Shown here: positions 8,303 to 18,178 of the stretch, in pieces
Layout: each line of letters opens with the position of its first letter
Position numbering within the stretch: the stretch's first letter is position 1
IMG/VR virus record: IMGVR_UViG_3300025649_000002
Span: 64,001 to 112,782 of that record
Reading direction: 5' to 3' (one strand)
From: a virus
Taxonomy: Duplodnaviria > Heunggongvirae > Uroviricota > Caudoviricetes
Length of the DNA stretch: 48,782 nucleotides
Position numbers and translations under genes: made by a program
The notes under the pieces: model-generated
The model's database searches: none
What the model saw: only the letters and a program-made list of their open reading frames with translations
What the model was told of the DNA's origin: nothing

Positions 8303-10154
8303 TTATATTTCTCCTTGCTTTCATGTGCAGTTCGACTAATTGTTCTTCGGTTATAATCGGTATACCTTTATCCTGTGCCTTTTTATATTTACCGGAAGAT
8401 GATACTTCATTACACACCAAATGTGAACATGATGAAATAGATGCATTTCTTCCGCCATTATCTTCAATCCATTTTTCAATTTCTTTACGAGGACGTGATA
8501 ACTTTCCTGTAACACAAAATGTATGTCCAGTCAATGTACCAACTGTATTCGTATTTGTTTCCAATCCGATATGTCTCAATTGCTCCAATAAATCTAAATT
8601 ACTTCTCAATCCATTAACAATTTTCTCTGCTGTTTTCATTCCTATACCTTTAATCTTTACGAGGTCATCACAGAATACATTAAGAACACATTTGCTCAGA
8701 ATAACCTTAAATTCAAAATTATCAAGAAGAAGTTTTGATGTTGTACGACCCAACCCATCTATTCCTAAAGATGATAAAAGTTTTTCGGGAGTTGTCTGTT
8801 TGACTTCACCAACTCGTTTTATAAAATCAGTTGCTGATGTTTCACCCCATCCTGAAAGTTTTTCAATATCACCTTGTTTCAAATTGAATACATCAATGAT
8901 TGAATTACAACCCAGTGACGTTAACATTTTTTCACTGAAGAATTCAAGTCCTAATCGTTCAAAGAAATGTGCAATTCCTTTCTGAACCTTTGTGGAACAA
9001 TCAGGATTACCACAAACTAAATGAACTTTTTCTGAAATCAATGTTGAATTACATGAAGGACAAACCTTCGGCCATGTTACCTTAGGAGCTTTTTGAACAA
9101 CATCCTCAATGTAAGGAATAACATCACCGGAACGAACAATTTTGATGATGGATCCGATTCCAACTGCATTCTCCAAAATGAATTTTGCATTGAAACCTGT
9201 ACACTTTCCTATTGTTGCTCCTCCAAGATCAACAGGTTCCACCCATACAACCGGAATGATTTTTCCTGTTCTTGATGGTTTCCATTCAACTAGTTTGACA
9301 GTTGTTTCTGCAACCATCTTATTTGCCTTATATGCAATCTTATGTTCAGGCAATTTTATATGTTCAACTTCACAATTATCAACACTGATAACAACACCAT
9401 CTTTGTCATAATCAGTAGTCTCTTCGAGAAGTTTCAATGCAGCACCTTCAATGTTTAATTCTTTATCATTTGTAGGAAATTTCACTATCTTATATCGAAC
9501 ACAACGACTAGTCATTTTAGCAATTTTATCTATTCTCACTGCTTCAGATGTAGCAGCAGGACCGTCAGGATCTTTCCAACCATGGAATAATACACTTAGA
9601 TGTTCCAAATGTTTTCCTGATTCCCGATGCATTATTCCTGCAACACCATTTCGTTTATTCTTGTAACCTAATTTAGTATGGTCACATGTTAAAATGATCT
9701 CACCAACGAAAGTTGCAATTGGTCGGTCGGACAATATATGCCGAGGTACAAACGTTCTCGCTTTTTCTGTAACGTTTTCACCTATCGTTCCATCTCCTCT
9801 TAACCATGCTTTATGAAAATCCCCATTTTTATATTGTGCCTCAATACCAATACCATCCAATTTATGAGATAGAATATATATGAGTGAAGGATGTTTCGCT
9901 AACCATGGATCAAGATCAATGGATGTTTTATTTTTGAGACTACCCATTGTATATGGCAGAAACTCTTTATTCACCTTAGGTTTATTCCCGACTTCTTTGA
10001 GAAATTCATTTTCAGGATCTGTTTTCTCTAATACTTGTTTGAAATGGTCATATGTGCCATCATCCACTTGTGGGAATCCTAGACTATATGATTCATTCCA
10101 ATCCCGTAATGAACTCACCATTTCTTCGGAAGATTCGAAATTGAATTCAATCAT
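8295..10154 (-). CDS. ligA: NAD-dependent DNA ligase
   Basis: KLDG adenylation motif, RGDG.IGENVT, RNGVAG, SRTGKI.P, RSGDVIP, C4 zinc finger (CPSC...C...C), HhH repeats, C-terminal BRCT (FCVTGKL). Confidence 0.97.
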   Translation of the reverse strand: MIEFNFESSEEMVSSLRDWNESYSLGFPQVDDGTYDHFKQVLEKTDPENEFLKEVGNKPKVNKEFLPYTMGSLKNKTSIDLDPWLAKHPSLIYILSHKLDGIGIEAQYKNGDFHKAWLRGDGTIGENVTEKARTFVPRHILSDRPIATFVGEIILTCDHTKLGYKNKRNGVAGIMHRESGKHLEHLSVLFHGWKDPDGPAATSEAVRIDKIAKMTSRCVRYKIVKFPTNDKELNIEGAALKLLEETTDYDKDGVVISVDNCEVEHIKLPEHKIAYKANKMVAETTVKLVEWKPSRTGKIIPVVWVEPVDLGGATIGKCTGFNAKFILENAVGIGSIIKIVRSGDVIPYIEDVVQKAPKVTWPKVCPSCNSTLISEKVHLVCGNPDCSTKVQKGIAHFFERLGLEFFSEKMLTSLGCNSIIDVFNLKQGDIEKLSGWGETSATDFIKRVGEVKQTTPEKLLSSLGIDGLGRTTSKLLLDNFEFKVILSKCVLNVFCDDLVKIKGIGMKTAEKIVNGLRSNLDLLEQLRHIGLETNTNTVGTLTGHTFCVTGKLSRPRKEIEKWIEDNGGRNASISSCSHLVCNEVSSSGKYKKAQDKGIPIITEEQLVELHMKARRNINV

Positions 10155-10711
10155 GTTATTTTCTCCACTTGCTTTGCAGTTTTTAGTTCCATTTTTTGTT
10201 CTATTATATTATCAACTTTTTCATTAATATCAATATCATTTATTTCTTCCTCAATTTTTTCTTCAATCATTAAGTCTACTTTATCTCTAATATCAATATC
10301 ATCCAAATCTGAAGTAATTTGTTCATTCATTACATCCTCAACTGAATGTCTTGCTACTTCTTGTTCTACTTCTTTTTCAATAACCTGAGTGAAATCTTCA
10401 TTTCTTATCACATGAGCAACTTCATCCCGTGCCACTTCATCCATATCATAATTCTCGGCCAGTTGTTTTATAGATGTTGCGCACTCTTCATTTATCATTG
10501 TTTCATCAAGATTATCATCTATATATGCTTCAACAATATTCGAAACACCTCTAGTAATATATTCTTCAATTTCTTCAAATACTTTACTCTCTTTATCAAC
10601 AACACGAATAATGAAATCTGCAAGATGTTCCTTAATCATTTCACTAATTTTTGGTTCCAATATTTCACTTACCCGTATGGCCAAAACCTCCTGCTCCTCT
10701 TTCTGTAACAT
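10151..10711 (-). CDS. Acidic coiled-coil/helical-repeat hypothetical protein
   Basis: Repeating D-I-x-x-K-V-D-x-x-I-E-x-K-I pattern. Confidence 0.6.
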   Translation of the reverse strand: MLQKEEQEVLAIRVSEILEPKISEMIKEHLADFIIRVVDKESKVFEEIEEYITRGVSNIVEAYIDDNLDETMINEECATSIKQLAENYDMDEVARDEVAHVIRNEDFTQVIEKEVEQEVARHSVEDVMNEQITSDLDDIDIRDKVDLMIEEKIEEEINDIDINEKVDNIIEQKMELKTAKQVEKIT

Positions 10712-11096
10712 CTAGTTCCTCCACTTCTTCGAAATAGATTGATGGTACTTCTTGAATTACCCCTTGTGCAATTCGTTCACCTGTTGTAATTTGATAAACT
10801 ATATGAGGTAATAAATTAGTGACAAGAATTTTAATTTCGCCCCTGTAATCGCTATCAATCGTCCCAGGTGAATTTACGACAATTATTCCCAATTTTGCGA
10901 GTCCACTTCGTGGTCGAATCTGCATTTCAAATCCGATTGGAATGGCCACTGCCAATCCTGTTGGAATCATATAAATATCTCCCTGTTTCAATTCACAATT
11001 AATCATGGAATGTAAATCAAAACCAGCAGATCCTTCAGTGGCCAATTTCGGAATTTGAGCATCTTTATGAAGTTTCTTTACGAGTATCTTATGCAT
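10665..11096 (-). CDS. dut: Trimeric dUTPase
   Basis: AGFDL, RSG, GTIDSDYRGEI, RGAGGFGHTG; true start probably MHKIL at 11096. Confidence 0.95.
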   Translation of the reverse strand: MHKILVKKLHKDAQIPKLATEGSAGFDLHSMINCELKQGDIYMIPTGLAVAIPIGFEMQIRPRSGLAKLGIIVVNSPGTIDSDYRGEIKILVTNLLPHIVYQITTGERIAQGVIQEVPSIYFEEVEELDVTERGAGGFGHTGK

Positions 11097-11256
11097 CGGG
11101 TCTATCACCTTTTTCTTTGAACAGACTTGAAATTGTTTTAAATATATTTTCGAATATGTTTTGAATTTCTTGAATTGGATTTTTACCATCCCTGACTTTG
11201 TTTGCGATCCACCATCCTAAGATGATTCCCGCAATAAATACAATTATAGTATTCAT
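11089..11256 (-). CDS. Small single-TM membrane protein (55 aa; not in ORF track)
   Basis: GAGGAG RBS; MNTIIVFIAGIILGWWIANKVRDGKNP...DA*. Confidence 0.6.
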   Translation of the reverse strand: MNTIIVFIAGIILGWWIANKVRDGKNPIQEIQNIFENIFKTISSLFKEKGDRPDA

Positions 11257-11258
11257 AT

Positions 11259-11831
11259 TTATATCTCCTCAAATGAACATTTTATGTTTGTATTAATTCT
11301 TCTACCTTTTAATGTTATAGTTCCTGCCTTTGTTTGTTCCTGCAATAGATCCCGAGACCAAGCATAATATCCCGAAGGATCTCCACCATCCCATCCTCCA
11401 TCACCACATGACTTTGCAGTCTGTGAATAATAAAGAATACCTTCTTTATTTTTTAGTTTAATTTTTCCTTCATCATCATCGAATAGACAACCCACTATTG
11501 AAGAAAATATTCTTTCTGTTTCTTCAATTAAATCTATTTCACTTTTTTGAATTAATTCTTTCGATAATTCAATAGATACAATAGTCAATAGATTGTCATT
11601 TTCATCACGCACCCGAGAAACTGATACATGTCTTTCTTCGTTTTTATTTTCATCTACGAAATATCCACTCGCATAATCATTTGAAACGATTCCGAAATCA
11701 ATTCCTTCAACTGCATCAGTAACACGATTAATATGTTGACCATGCAGTGGAGGTAGATGTCCTTTCGCTCGACTCTCAACAATGAAACTACATGAAGAAC
11801 TATTTGATATAAAACCAGTTCTAGATTTCAT
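11259..11831 (-). CDS. SNSSS-motif family protein (copy 1)
   Basis: N-terminus MKSRTGFISNSSSCSFIV. Confidence 0.75.
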   Translation of the reverse strand: MKSRTGFISNSSSCSFIVESRAKGHLPPLHGQHINRVTDAVEGIDFGIVSNDYASGYFVDENKNEERHVSVSRVRDENDNLLTIVSIELSKELIQKSEIDLIEETERIFSSIVGCLFDDDEGKIKLKNKEGILYYSQTAKSCGDGGWDGGDPSGYYAWSRDLLQEQTKAGTITLKGRRINTNIKCSFEEI

Positions 11832-12310
11832 TACTTTGTTTCTTTCATTGCGTTACAAAATTCATCATATGTTTTAAACTTATCACGAATCTCGTCCAGA
11901 ATATCATTACGTTTTATCCCGAATTTCTTTTGAAAGTAAGTGATATAATCACTATCCATCATTGTATCGAAATTGCAGATAGGACATGCAATAATCGGAA
12001 CTTCATAATATCCTTCGTCACCTTCGAAGATTTTCTCTTTCACTGTTTCTTTTAGATCTACATCAGAAATATTTTCATCATCTGTTGTATCCTCAAAGGC
12101 ACTGTACAATGTTCTTAATTCTTCAATACTCATATTTTCAATTCTGTCTCTCATATGATCTTGACAAACTGTATGGCCATTTTTACATTCTGCCATCTCC
12201 GCTTCATCCAAACACATATCCATACCTGATACATCATTACCACATACATCACATACAAATGATGATGATGAACTATTAGATACAAATCCTTTACGTTTTT
12301 TCATATACAC
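11831..12310 (-). CDS. SNSSS-motif family protein (copy 2), Cys-rich and probably zinc-binding
   Basis: MKKRKGFVSNSSSSSFVCDVCG...C...CKNGHTVCQDH...CPIC. Confidence 0.75.
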   Translation of the reverse strand: MYMKKRKGFVSNSSSSSFVCDVCGNDVSGMDMCLDEAEMAECKNGHTVCQDHMRDRIENMSIEELRTLYSAFEDTTDDENISDVDLKETVKEKIFEGDEGYYEVPIIACPICNFDTMMDSDYITYFQKKFGIKRNDILDEIRDKFKTYDEFCNAMKETK

Positions 12311-12320
12311 TCTCCTTAAA

Positions 12321-12599
12321 TTAATGTAACTTTCTTGTTAATGATAATATGACAATCCCTTTTTCCGGATCTTTTGTTATCAAGATATTAAATAAAGATT
12401 CAATATCATATTCTTCTACACATAAATCGTTGGCCATCTGTTGAGTCAGAAGTGGTCGTAAGAAATTGACCATATTAATTTCAACCATTTTTACAATGTC
12501 AGGATTTTCTCCTATTGCATCCGCCATGATCCTTGCATATGATTCTTCTAATAATTTAACTTCCCGATCTGTTAGTAGTGCAGTCACATCACGACCCAC
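12321..12599 (-). CDS. Hypothetical protein
   Basis: GGAGG RBS; 92 aa. Confidence 0.55.
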   Translation of the reverse strand: MGRDVTALLTDREVKLLEESYARIMADAIGENPDIVKMVEINMVNFLRPLLTQQMANDLCVEEYDIESLFNILITKDPEKGIVILSLTRKLH

Positions 12600-12608
12600 T
12601 TTATCCTC

Positions 12609-12791
12609 CTACATATTAATTTTATTAATATCCACTTCATCACAATCATCATGACAATAAAATGTATTATTCAATAAATCCATTTTAAGTTTACCAAACT
12701 TGCTACAACGCCCGAAACCTATTAAATATTTTGAATATTGACAAGTTATGTGACAACATTTTGGTGAATTATTTATGAAGGTTTTACTCAT
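12609..12791 (-). CDS. Small Cys-rich hypothetical protein
   Basis: CCHITC...C...CH..C. Confidence 0.45.
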   Translation of the reverse strand: MSKTFINNSPKCCHITCQYSKYLIGFGRCSKFGKLKMDLLNNTFYCHDDCDEVDINKINM

Positions 12792-13011
12792 GATTTACTC
12801 CTGATAAAGGTGCCCAGTTTATACATGTATTAGTGGGTTTCGTCCACGAATGTACATAAGTACGACCACAGTAATCACTTTCCTTAAAATATCCTGCACA
12901 ATTAATACATCTTTTAAAAGGATCAGCAATAATTTTATCAAGTTGTGCTTTAAGTTTGGCTCTAAACTTTTTATCTGCTGCAGTAAGAATTGTTGTTGAT
13001 GAATTTGTCAT
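12784..13011 (-). CDS. Small Cys-rich hypothetical protein
   Basis: CINCAGY...YC...TC..W; AGGAG RBS. Confidence 0.55.
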   Translation of the reverse strand: MTNSSTTILTAADKKFRAKLKAQLDKIIADPFKRCINCAGYFKESDYCGRTYVHSWTKPTNTCINWAPLSGVNHE

Positions 13012-13023
13012 AACAATATTCTC

Positions 13024-13209
13024 CTACGTTTCTATTTTTATTTTAATGTCATTGATTGAACCCCGTTCGCAACATTTTTCTTTTATTTCTTCAACTGTTT
13101 CAAACAACTCTGCGAGATCCAATGACATAAAATCTACTTCTAGATTCATTACAATTTTTTTTATTGATTTCTCTTTTCCTTTATCGAACAATTTTACTGA
13201 ACTCTTCAT
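13024..13209 (-). CDS. Hypothetical protein
   Basis: 61 aa ORF in the operon. Confidence 0.45.
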   Translation of the reverse strand: MKSSVKLFDKGKEKSIKKIVMNLEVDFMSLDLAELFETVEEIKEKCCERGSINDIKIKIET

Positions 13210-13528
13210 TGATATAATCCTTTCGATTTATTTTGTCAGTAATTTTTCTCGCTTCATACTGTTTTACATTTTCAATCATTGCCTTTTTAAATTCCAATTC
13301 TTTACTCAATACTCCAATTGGCGATTTAGCAATCATTTTTAATGCATCCATAGGATCACTTTTCATGACTGCTGCGGCCATATCTTCATCCAATTCAATT
13401 GTTCCCATGACATAATTTCTTTGAGGATTTACTCTCATACGAAGTTTTAATACATGGACAATACTCGATTCATATGGAACCAATGATTCTAATCCATAAC
13501 AGTCTCCCATAAATAGATATTGCATCAT
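13181..13528 (-). CDS. Hypothetical protein
   Basis: GGAGGA RBS; 115 aa. Confidence 0.6.
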   Translation of the reverse strand: MMQYLFMGDCYGLESLVPYESSIVHVLKLRMRVNPQRNYVMGTIELDEDMAAAVMKSDPMDALKMIAKSPIGVLSKELEFKKAMIENVKQYEARKITDKINRKDYINEEFSKIVR

Positions 13529-13986
13529 CTTCCTCCTTTCAATATTTTAACGTACTGAGGTTTCTTTAGATGATTTGGTTCGTTTCGACCTATCGCTAAT
13601 TGTTTCAACACTGTCGAATTTGCATCCTCAATCAAAACCTCATACATTACATCTTTAATATTATTTTTTGTATATATTTTCAATCCTTTGCCTTTTGCCA
13701 TATCAACATCTTTGACTTCAAAAATTCTCCCGCCTGCAAAGTATATCCAATAACCTTTAACATCCATAAATTTATTGATGATAGTTTGAATGAATTTCAT
13801 ACGGTGGGGATGATCCATCGTAAGTTTTTTCACATTTGGTTTTATCAATCCATCCAAACAGTCATCAATCATTTCCGCTATATCATCAAGTCCATCCTTA
13901 TTGGCTCTGTCAATCATTTCCATTGCCCACTTGATAGTCATAGGTCTTTTACATTTTAAAAGTTTAATAATGACATAATTCGTCAT
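13525..13986 (-). CDS. Hypothetical protein
   Basis: ATGA overlaps at both ends. Confidence 0.6.
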   Translation of the reverse strand: MTNYVIIKLLKCKRPMTIKWAMEMIDRANKDGLDDIAEMIDDCLDGLIKPNVKKLTMDHPHRMKFIQTIINKFMDVKGYWIYFAGGRIFEVKDVDMAKGKGLKIYTKNNIKDVMYEVLIEDANSTVLKQLAIGRNEPNHLKKPQYVKILKGGR

Positions 13987-15680
13987 CTTTTTAACGCCTT
14001 TATCTCATTGATTTTCCTTTGTAAATTATTCTTCTTATCTTCAGGTAGTAAAATCCGAGATACGACTTTATAGATATCTAAATCTAACTTTACACCACTA
14101 TCAAGATGCTTTGCATGATGGGGCGTATAATCTTCCGCTATTTCATAAAATCGTCGAGGATCTTTCATCCCTACCATCTTAGCACCCCACCAACTCAGTA
14201 ATCCTGAACCACATGCAGGAAGTCCATTCTTCATACAATTTTGTGGGACACCATTACAATCAACTATTGGTCTATCACAAGAGATTGTATGTTTAATGAT
14301 ATCTTCAATTCCTAATGCCTTAACCAACAACCATTGTTCAGACTTCATCAAATTTGCTAAACAATATAATGGTTGAAATCGATCACCAATCAATGTACCA
14401 TATTTTGTAGTCTGCAAAAATGATCTAATAAAATCTTCACAGTTATCTGGATAAAATCCCGACTCTGCAAGATTCAAAAAACCTCCTAACAGATATACCT
14501 TTTTGTAATTATATTTCATCACCATAGACTCTGCAAGAGTTGCCATGTATGTTAGAAACATCATATTACGACCAGGAACCCAAGCCTCTGTAGTTTTCAA
14601 TGCAACATCAGTTCCTGTACGAACTTCCGCCTCTGCATCAAGAAGCATTGATTGTGCTTCGATATCTTTATAGAAAGACCCTAAATCAAAAACTTTACTT
14701 TTAATTTCCAATTCATTACAGACTCTGTGAAATGCAATTTTCTCTGCCTCACTTCCACGGTGACCATAATCAAAATGACATGCAATAATATTTTTATATC
14801 CCGCATATTTCAATGTTGCTAATGTAACAGAAGAATCAAGACCACCTGAACATGATACCAGACATAACTCATCCTGAGATCTTGGTTTGCTTGAATCCCA
14901 TGTACTTGTTATGTATCGAGGACTGAATTTAATATGTTGTTCAAAACCAGATTCAAGATCTATCATTCTAATAAGAGGACCTTTCTGTGGATTATTATAA
15001 TAATATTCCCACACATTCATTCCTGTTCTTGAACAATCAGTTAACTCCTGAACCACATCACCTAAACAATCATTATCACTCGCTGCCATATATCCTGTAC
15101 CTTTGATATATCCTGTTGCAATTGGTTTGAAATCGTTAACAACATACATCTGACCTTTATTCAAATCAACCATAACAAATGCAAATCCACCTGATAGATA
15201 TTCCATAGTCTTTTTCATGTTTCGACCATTTTTCACATATGCAGCAATGATTGCTTCACTATCTATTTCGGTTGTAAATTTGAATTCGTTATCTTTTGCC
15301 CATTCATCCAACTCGTTATATATCTTTTGACTTACTGCACCATTATGAATAATAACACAACCAGCATTATGTATTGGTTGCATATTTATTTCAGTAGAAG
15401 ATGGTTCAGTCTCTGGTGATGCACGACTAACCATAAGATATAAATCACCAACCTTAGGACCATGATCTTCAGCATGCATCATCATATCAATTCGCGCTTC
15501 AGAAAATGGTCTTGTAGTTCTATAAAAATCATCAACAATCCATCCTTCTACTGGATGTTTTCTAATCAATGCATAACCAGAACCATCAACGCCTCTTTTC
15601 TCACACCACGTCATCATTTTATCTAATACACTAATGGCAGGTACACTTTCACATATATACAATGCTGCTATTCCACACAT
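13983..15680 (-). CDS. queC: Glutamine amidotransferase (class II)-QueC fusion (Gat-QueC), 7-deazaguanine/archaeosine-type synthesis
   Basis: N-terminal MCGIA (Ntn Cys), RG.DGSG, HNG, DSE; then PP-loop SGGLDS, VPGRN, YPDN and a Cys cluster. Confidence 0.9.
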   Translation of the reverse strand: MCGIAALYICESVPAISVLDKMMTWCEKRGVDGSGYALIRKHPVEGWIVDDFYRTTRPFSEARIDMMMHAEDHGPKVGDLYLMVSRASPETEPSSTEINMQPIHNAGCVIIHNGAVSQKIYNELDEWAKDNEFKFTTEIDSEAIIAAYVKNGRNMKKTMEYLSGGFAFVMVDLNKGQMYVVNDFKPIATGYIKGTGYMAASDNDCLGDVVQELTDCSRTGMNVWEYYYNNPQKGPLIRMIDLESGFEQHIKFSPRYITSTWDSSKPRSQDELCLVSCSGGLDSSVTLATLKYAGYKNIIACHFDYGHRGSEAEKIAFHRVCNELEIKSKVFDLGSFYKDIEAQSMLLDAEAEVRTGTDVALKTTEAWVPGRNMMFLTYMATLAESMVMKYNYKKVYLLGGFLNLAESGFYPDNCEDFIRSFLQTTKYGTLIGDRFQPLYCLANLMKSEQWLLVKALGIEDIIKHTISCDRPIVDCNGVPQNCMKNGLPACGSGLLSWWGAKMVGMKDPRRFYEIAEDYTPHHAKHLDSGVKLDLDIYKVVSRILLPEDKKNNLQRKINEIKALKR

Positions 15681-15699
15681 ATATCTATCCTTTCTTTAA

Positions 15700-16098
15700 T
15701 TATTCAGAATAATATTGAAGCAATTCTGCTTCATTAATATAATTATCAAATTCACCATTACGCAAATCTGTTTCAACATCACTTCCAGTATCATCTGCAA
15801 ATGAACCTGTAATTATAGCACGTCCAGATTCAATTTCCTTTTTCATCATACGATATGTTGCAACAGAATTTTCATTATAATGTTCTTTAATTTGATCTTC
15901 AATATTTTCATCATCTTTAAATTCAATCCAATTTTGATCTATCCACTCTATCAATTCTTTCATTGTTGTAAGTTTCCACCCGAAATCTTCAAGTGTATTG
16001 TTCGTTCCACGAACCGGTACAGATGTATTAATATTATCAGTTACTGCAATGAATGAAGTACTAGAACTATTCGATACAAAACTTGCTCTCATTTTCAT
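15700..16098 (-). CDS. SNSSS-motif family protein (copy 3)
   Basis: MKMRASFVSNSSSTSFIA. Confidence 0.75.
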   Translation of the reverse strand: MKMRASFVSNSSSTSFIAVTDNINTSVPVRGTNNTLEDFGWKLTTMKELIEWIDQNWIEFKDDENIEDQIKEHYNENSVATYRMMKKEIESGRAIITGSFADDTGSDVETDLRNGEFDNYINEAELLQYYSE

Positions 16099-16109
16099 AT
16101 ATCATCTCC

Positions 16110-16529
16110 TCAACACATCATTGATCCAGTAACGACACAAGGTGTTTCATCTGGAAATTTTTCTTTTAATGATCCTAAATCCTTGGTGATACTATCTGCT
16201 GAAATAATTTGAGTTTCTGCACAATCATCACCAAGACTGATCCGATTGCCAACCATAATTTTTCCTTTTGGACATCCATCTTCATCAGAATCAGTAATAC
16301 AAATACCTAATTCATTTTGAAATACCCAGAGTAAATCATCCTTTTCATCGTCGATCAATTCATCCCAATTCTTTTGAGTATGTTCTTGAGCAACTTCATT
16401 TTTTAATTTATCTTCGTATACCAAATCAATAATATTCAATACTGTATATTTTGATTCGTCCAATACAAATCCTGTCAGTATGAATGAACAACTTGAACTA
16501 TTTGATACGAAACATGTTCTAGTCTTCAT
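16110..16529 (-). CDS. SNSSS-motif family protein (copy 4)
   Basis: MKTRTCFVSNSSSCSFIL. Confidence 0.75.
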   Translation of the reverse strand: MKTRTCFVSNSSSCSFILTGFVLDESKYTVLNIIDLVYEDKLKNEVAQEHTQKNWDELIDDEKDDLLWVFQNELGICITDSDEDGCPKGKIMVGNRISLGDDCAETQIISADSITKDLGSLKEKFPDETPCVVTGSMMC

Positions 16530-16698
16530 TTTTTTTATTCTCCTCTACAAACTTTTTAATTTCTTCGATATGTTCGATAATCGATTCGGCCTTTTTCATA
16601 CCGAATGTCATACCTTTACCCCAACCAGTTGGTAATGATATTACAGGACTACCTTTATACTCACTACGTTTTACTTCTGTCAATGTTTCGTCTGACAT
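16519..16698 (-). CDS. Small protein, possibly PC4-like nucleic-acid binding (59 aa; not in ORF track)
   Basis: AGGAG RBS; MSDETLTEVKRSEYKGSPVISLPTGWGKGMTFGMKKAESIIEHIEEIKKFV...*. The CDS is well supported; the fold is an inference. Confidence 0.55.
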   Translation of the reverse strand: MSDETLTEVKRSEYKGSPVISLPTGWGKGMTFGMKKAESIIEHIEEIKKFVEENKKNED

Positions 16699-16732
16699 TT
16701 TAATCTCCTGTTGTAAATTTGATTAATATTTA

Positions 16733-17152
16733 TTAACTATCATATACTGTTCCGCTGATAATCTGAAGATCATTAATTGAAAAATGATTCTTTATTGGTT
16801 CCAATATTTTAATAATTTCTGCCAATTCCCGAACCATTAAATTACCTTCAGATGTTGAATATTTATATCCTACAATTACACTTCCAACAGGACATTCCTC
16901 AGCATCATCTCGAAAGATTTGAATTTCATTACAATCAATATCGACAACTTCAATAACTTTTAATTTTTCATCACCTGAACATTCAATATAATCTTTTTGA
17001 AATAATTTAATAGAAATAATATCCATCAATTCAACTCCATAAACATTTCCATACAAATCGAAAATGTTACCATCTAATTTATTCAATACAACTCCAACAA
17101 TTACAAATGATGAAGAACTACTATTTGATACAAAACCAACTCTTTGCTTCAT
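16733..17152 (-). CDS. SNSSS-motif family protein (copy 5)
   Basis: MKQRVGFVSNSSSSSFVI. Confidence 0.75.
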   Translation of the reverse strand: MKQRVGFVSNSSSSSFVIVGVVLNKLDGNIFDLYGNVYGVELMDIISIKLFQKDYIECSGDEKLKVIEVVDIDCNEIQIFRDDAEECPVGSVIVGYKYSTSEGNLMVRELAEIIKILEPIKNHFSINDLQIISGTVYDS

Positions 17153-17177
17153 GTAATGCCTCCTTATTCATATTTTA

Positions 17178-17378
17178 TTAATTAACTTTAGGTAAAGGAC
17201 AATCATCGATTATCCAAAGTAAATCTCGAGGGGTGCTTAAATGTCTTGTAGATTCATCATTATATAAAAATCTACATCTGAAATCTTCATGATATTCATT
17301 TCCTACAATATCAATTAATTCAGGACATTTAAAACACTCATCTATTATTGTTTTATAAAACAATCTTTTTTCATTCAT
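17178..17378 (-). CDS. Small Cys-containing hypothetical protein
   Basis: CFKCP...C...DCPLP. Confidence 0.5.
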   Translation of the reverse strand: MNEKRLFYKTIIDECFKCPELIDIVGNEYHEDFRCRFLYNDESTRHLSTPRDLLWIIDDCPLPKVN

Positions 17379-17560
17379 CTATATTCTCGTAAATCAATTT
17401 TAGAATTGTTACGATCCTGTTTTTTTGTTTTCTTTTTGAATACCTGATTTGTTCCACTTCCAGAAACACGATCATACTCTCGTTTCTTTTTTTGTTTCTT
17501 TTTCATCAATCGTCTCCACGTTTTGAAACTACGATTAACATATAATCTCTTCCATCCCAT
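17375..17560 (-). CDS. Small basic hypothetical protein
   Basis: Lys/Arg-rich, 61 aa, overlapping neighbours. Confidence 0.45.
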   Translation of the reverse strand: MGWKRLYVNRSFKTWRRLMKKKQKKKREYDRVSGSGTNQVFKKKTKKQDRNNSKIDLREYR

Positions 17561-18168
17561 TTAACAGATTCATGAATTGCAGTGATACTAAGATTTCCTT
17601 CTGTTTCAATATAATACTCTGCAGTCTTTGGAGTCCATACAGATCCATGAGGATCACATCGAGTATTACAAAACTCTGTATTCAATAACAACGCTTCATA
17701 TGCAGTAAGCGTTGCTTTACCATTAAGATCAAAATTCAATAATTTATTTGCAAGTATTTCATGATTAGGAACTAAAATGAACATCCTTCCATTCTTTTCC
17801 AATACACTTCGACTCATTGAAAGTAATTGACCAACCTCTCCCGCATCATAAAACATATGTTCTGCAATACGACTCATAAAAATCGTATCAAATTTATATT
17901 TATAAGTTCCAAGAAAATCAAAAATACTTCCACCCACATTGTATATTTTTGTTTCTTCTCCATCATAAGAATTTTGATTCTCTTCAATTTCTACAATATA
18001 ACTATTTAACAATCTTTCACATCCATAACTCTGATCTACATTTACAAGAAAAGATTTTGATGCCATGAGTGTAAGATCTTCACTAATTTTTCCTGCTCCA
18101 AGATTCAAAATAGTGTTACCTTCTTTTATTGCAGATACAACATCTAACGCCTTATCTAACTTTCCCAC
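17506..18168 (-). CDS. Class I SAM-dependent methyltransferase
   Basis: ILNLGAG motif I, VNVD motif II, KFDTIFMSRIAEH, L..NGRMFILVPN; probable GTG start after AGGAG. Confidence 0.75.
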   Translation of the reverse strand: MGKLDKALDVVSAIKEGNTILNLGAGKISEDLTLMASKSFLVNVDQSYGCERLLNSYIVEIEENQNSYDGEETKIYNVGGSIFDFLGTYKYKFDTIFMSRIAEHMFYDAGEVGQLLSMSRSVLEKNGRMFILVPNHEILANKLLNFDLNGKATLTAYEALLLNTEFCNTRCDPHGSVWTPKTAEYYIETEGNLSITAIHESVKWDGRDYMLIVVSKRGDD

Positions 18169-18178
18169 TGTCTTTCTC

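Noticed and set aside
10665-11189. N-terminal extension on the dUTPase
   Set aside because: The extra 31 codons overlap a separate small membrane ORF (11089..11256); the real start is probably 11096.
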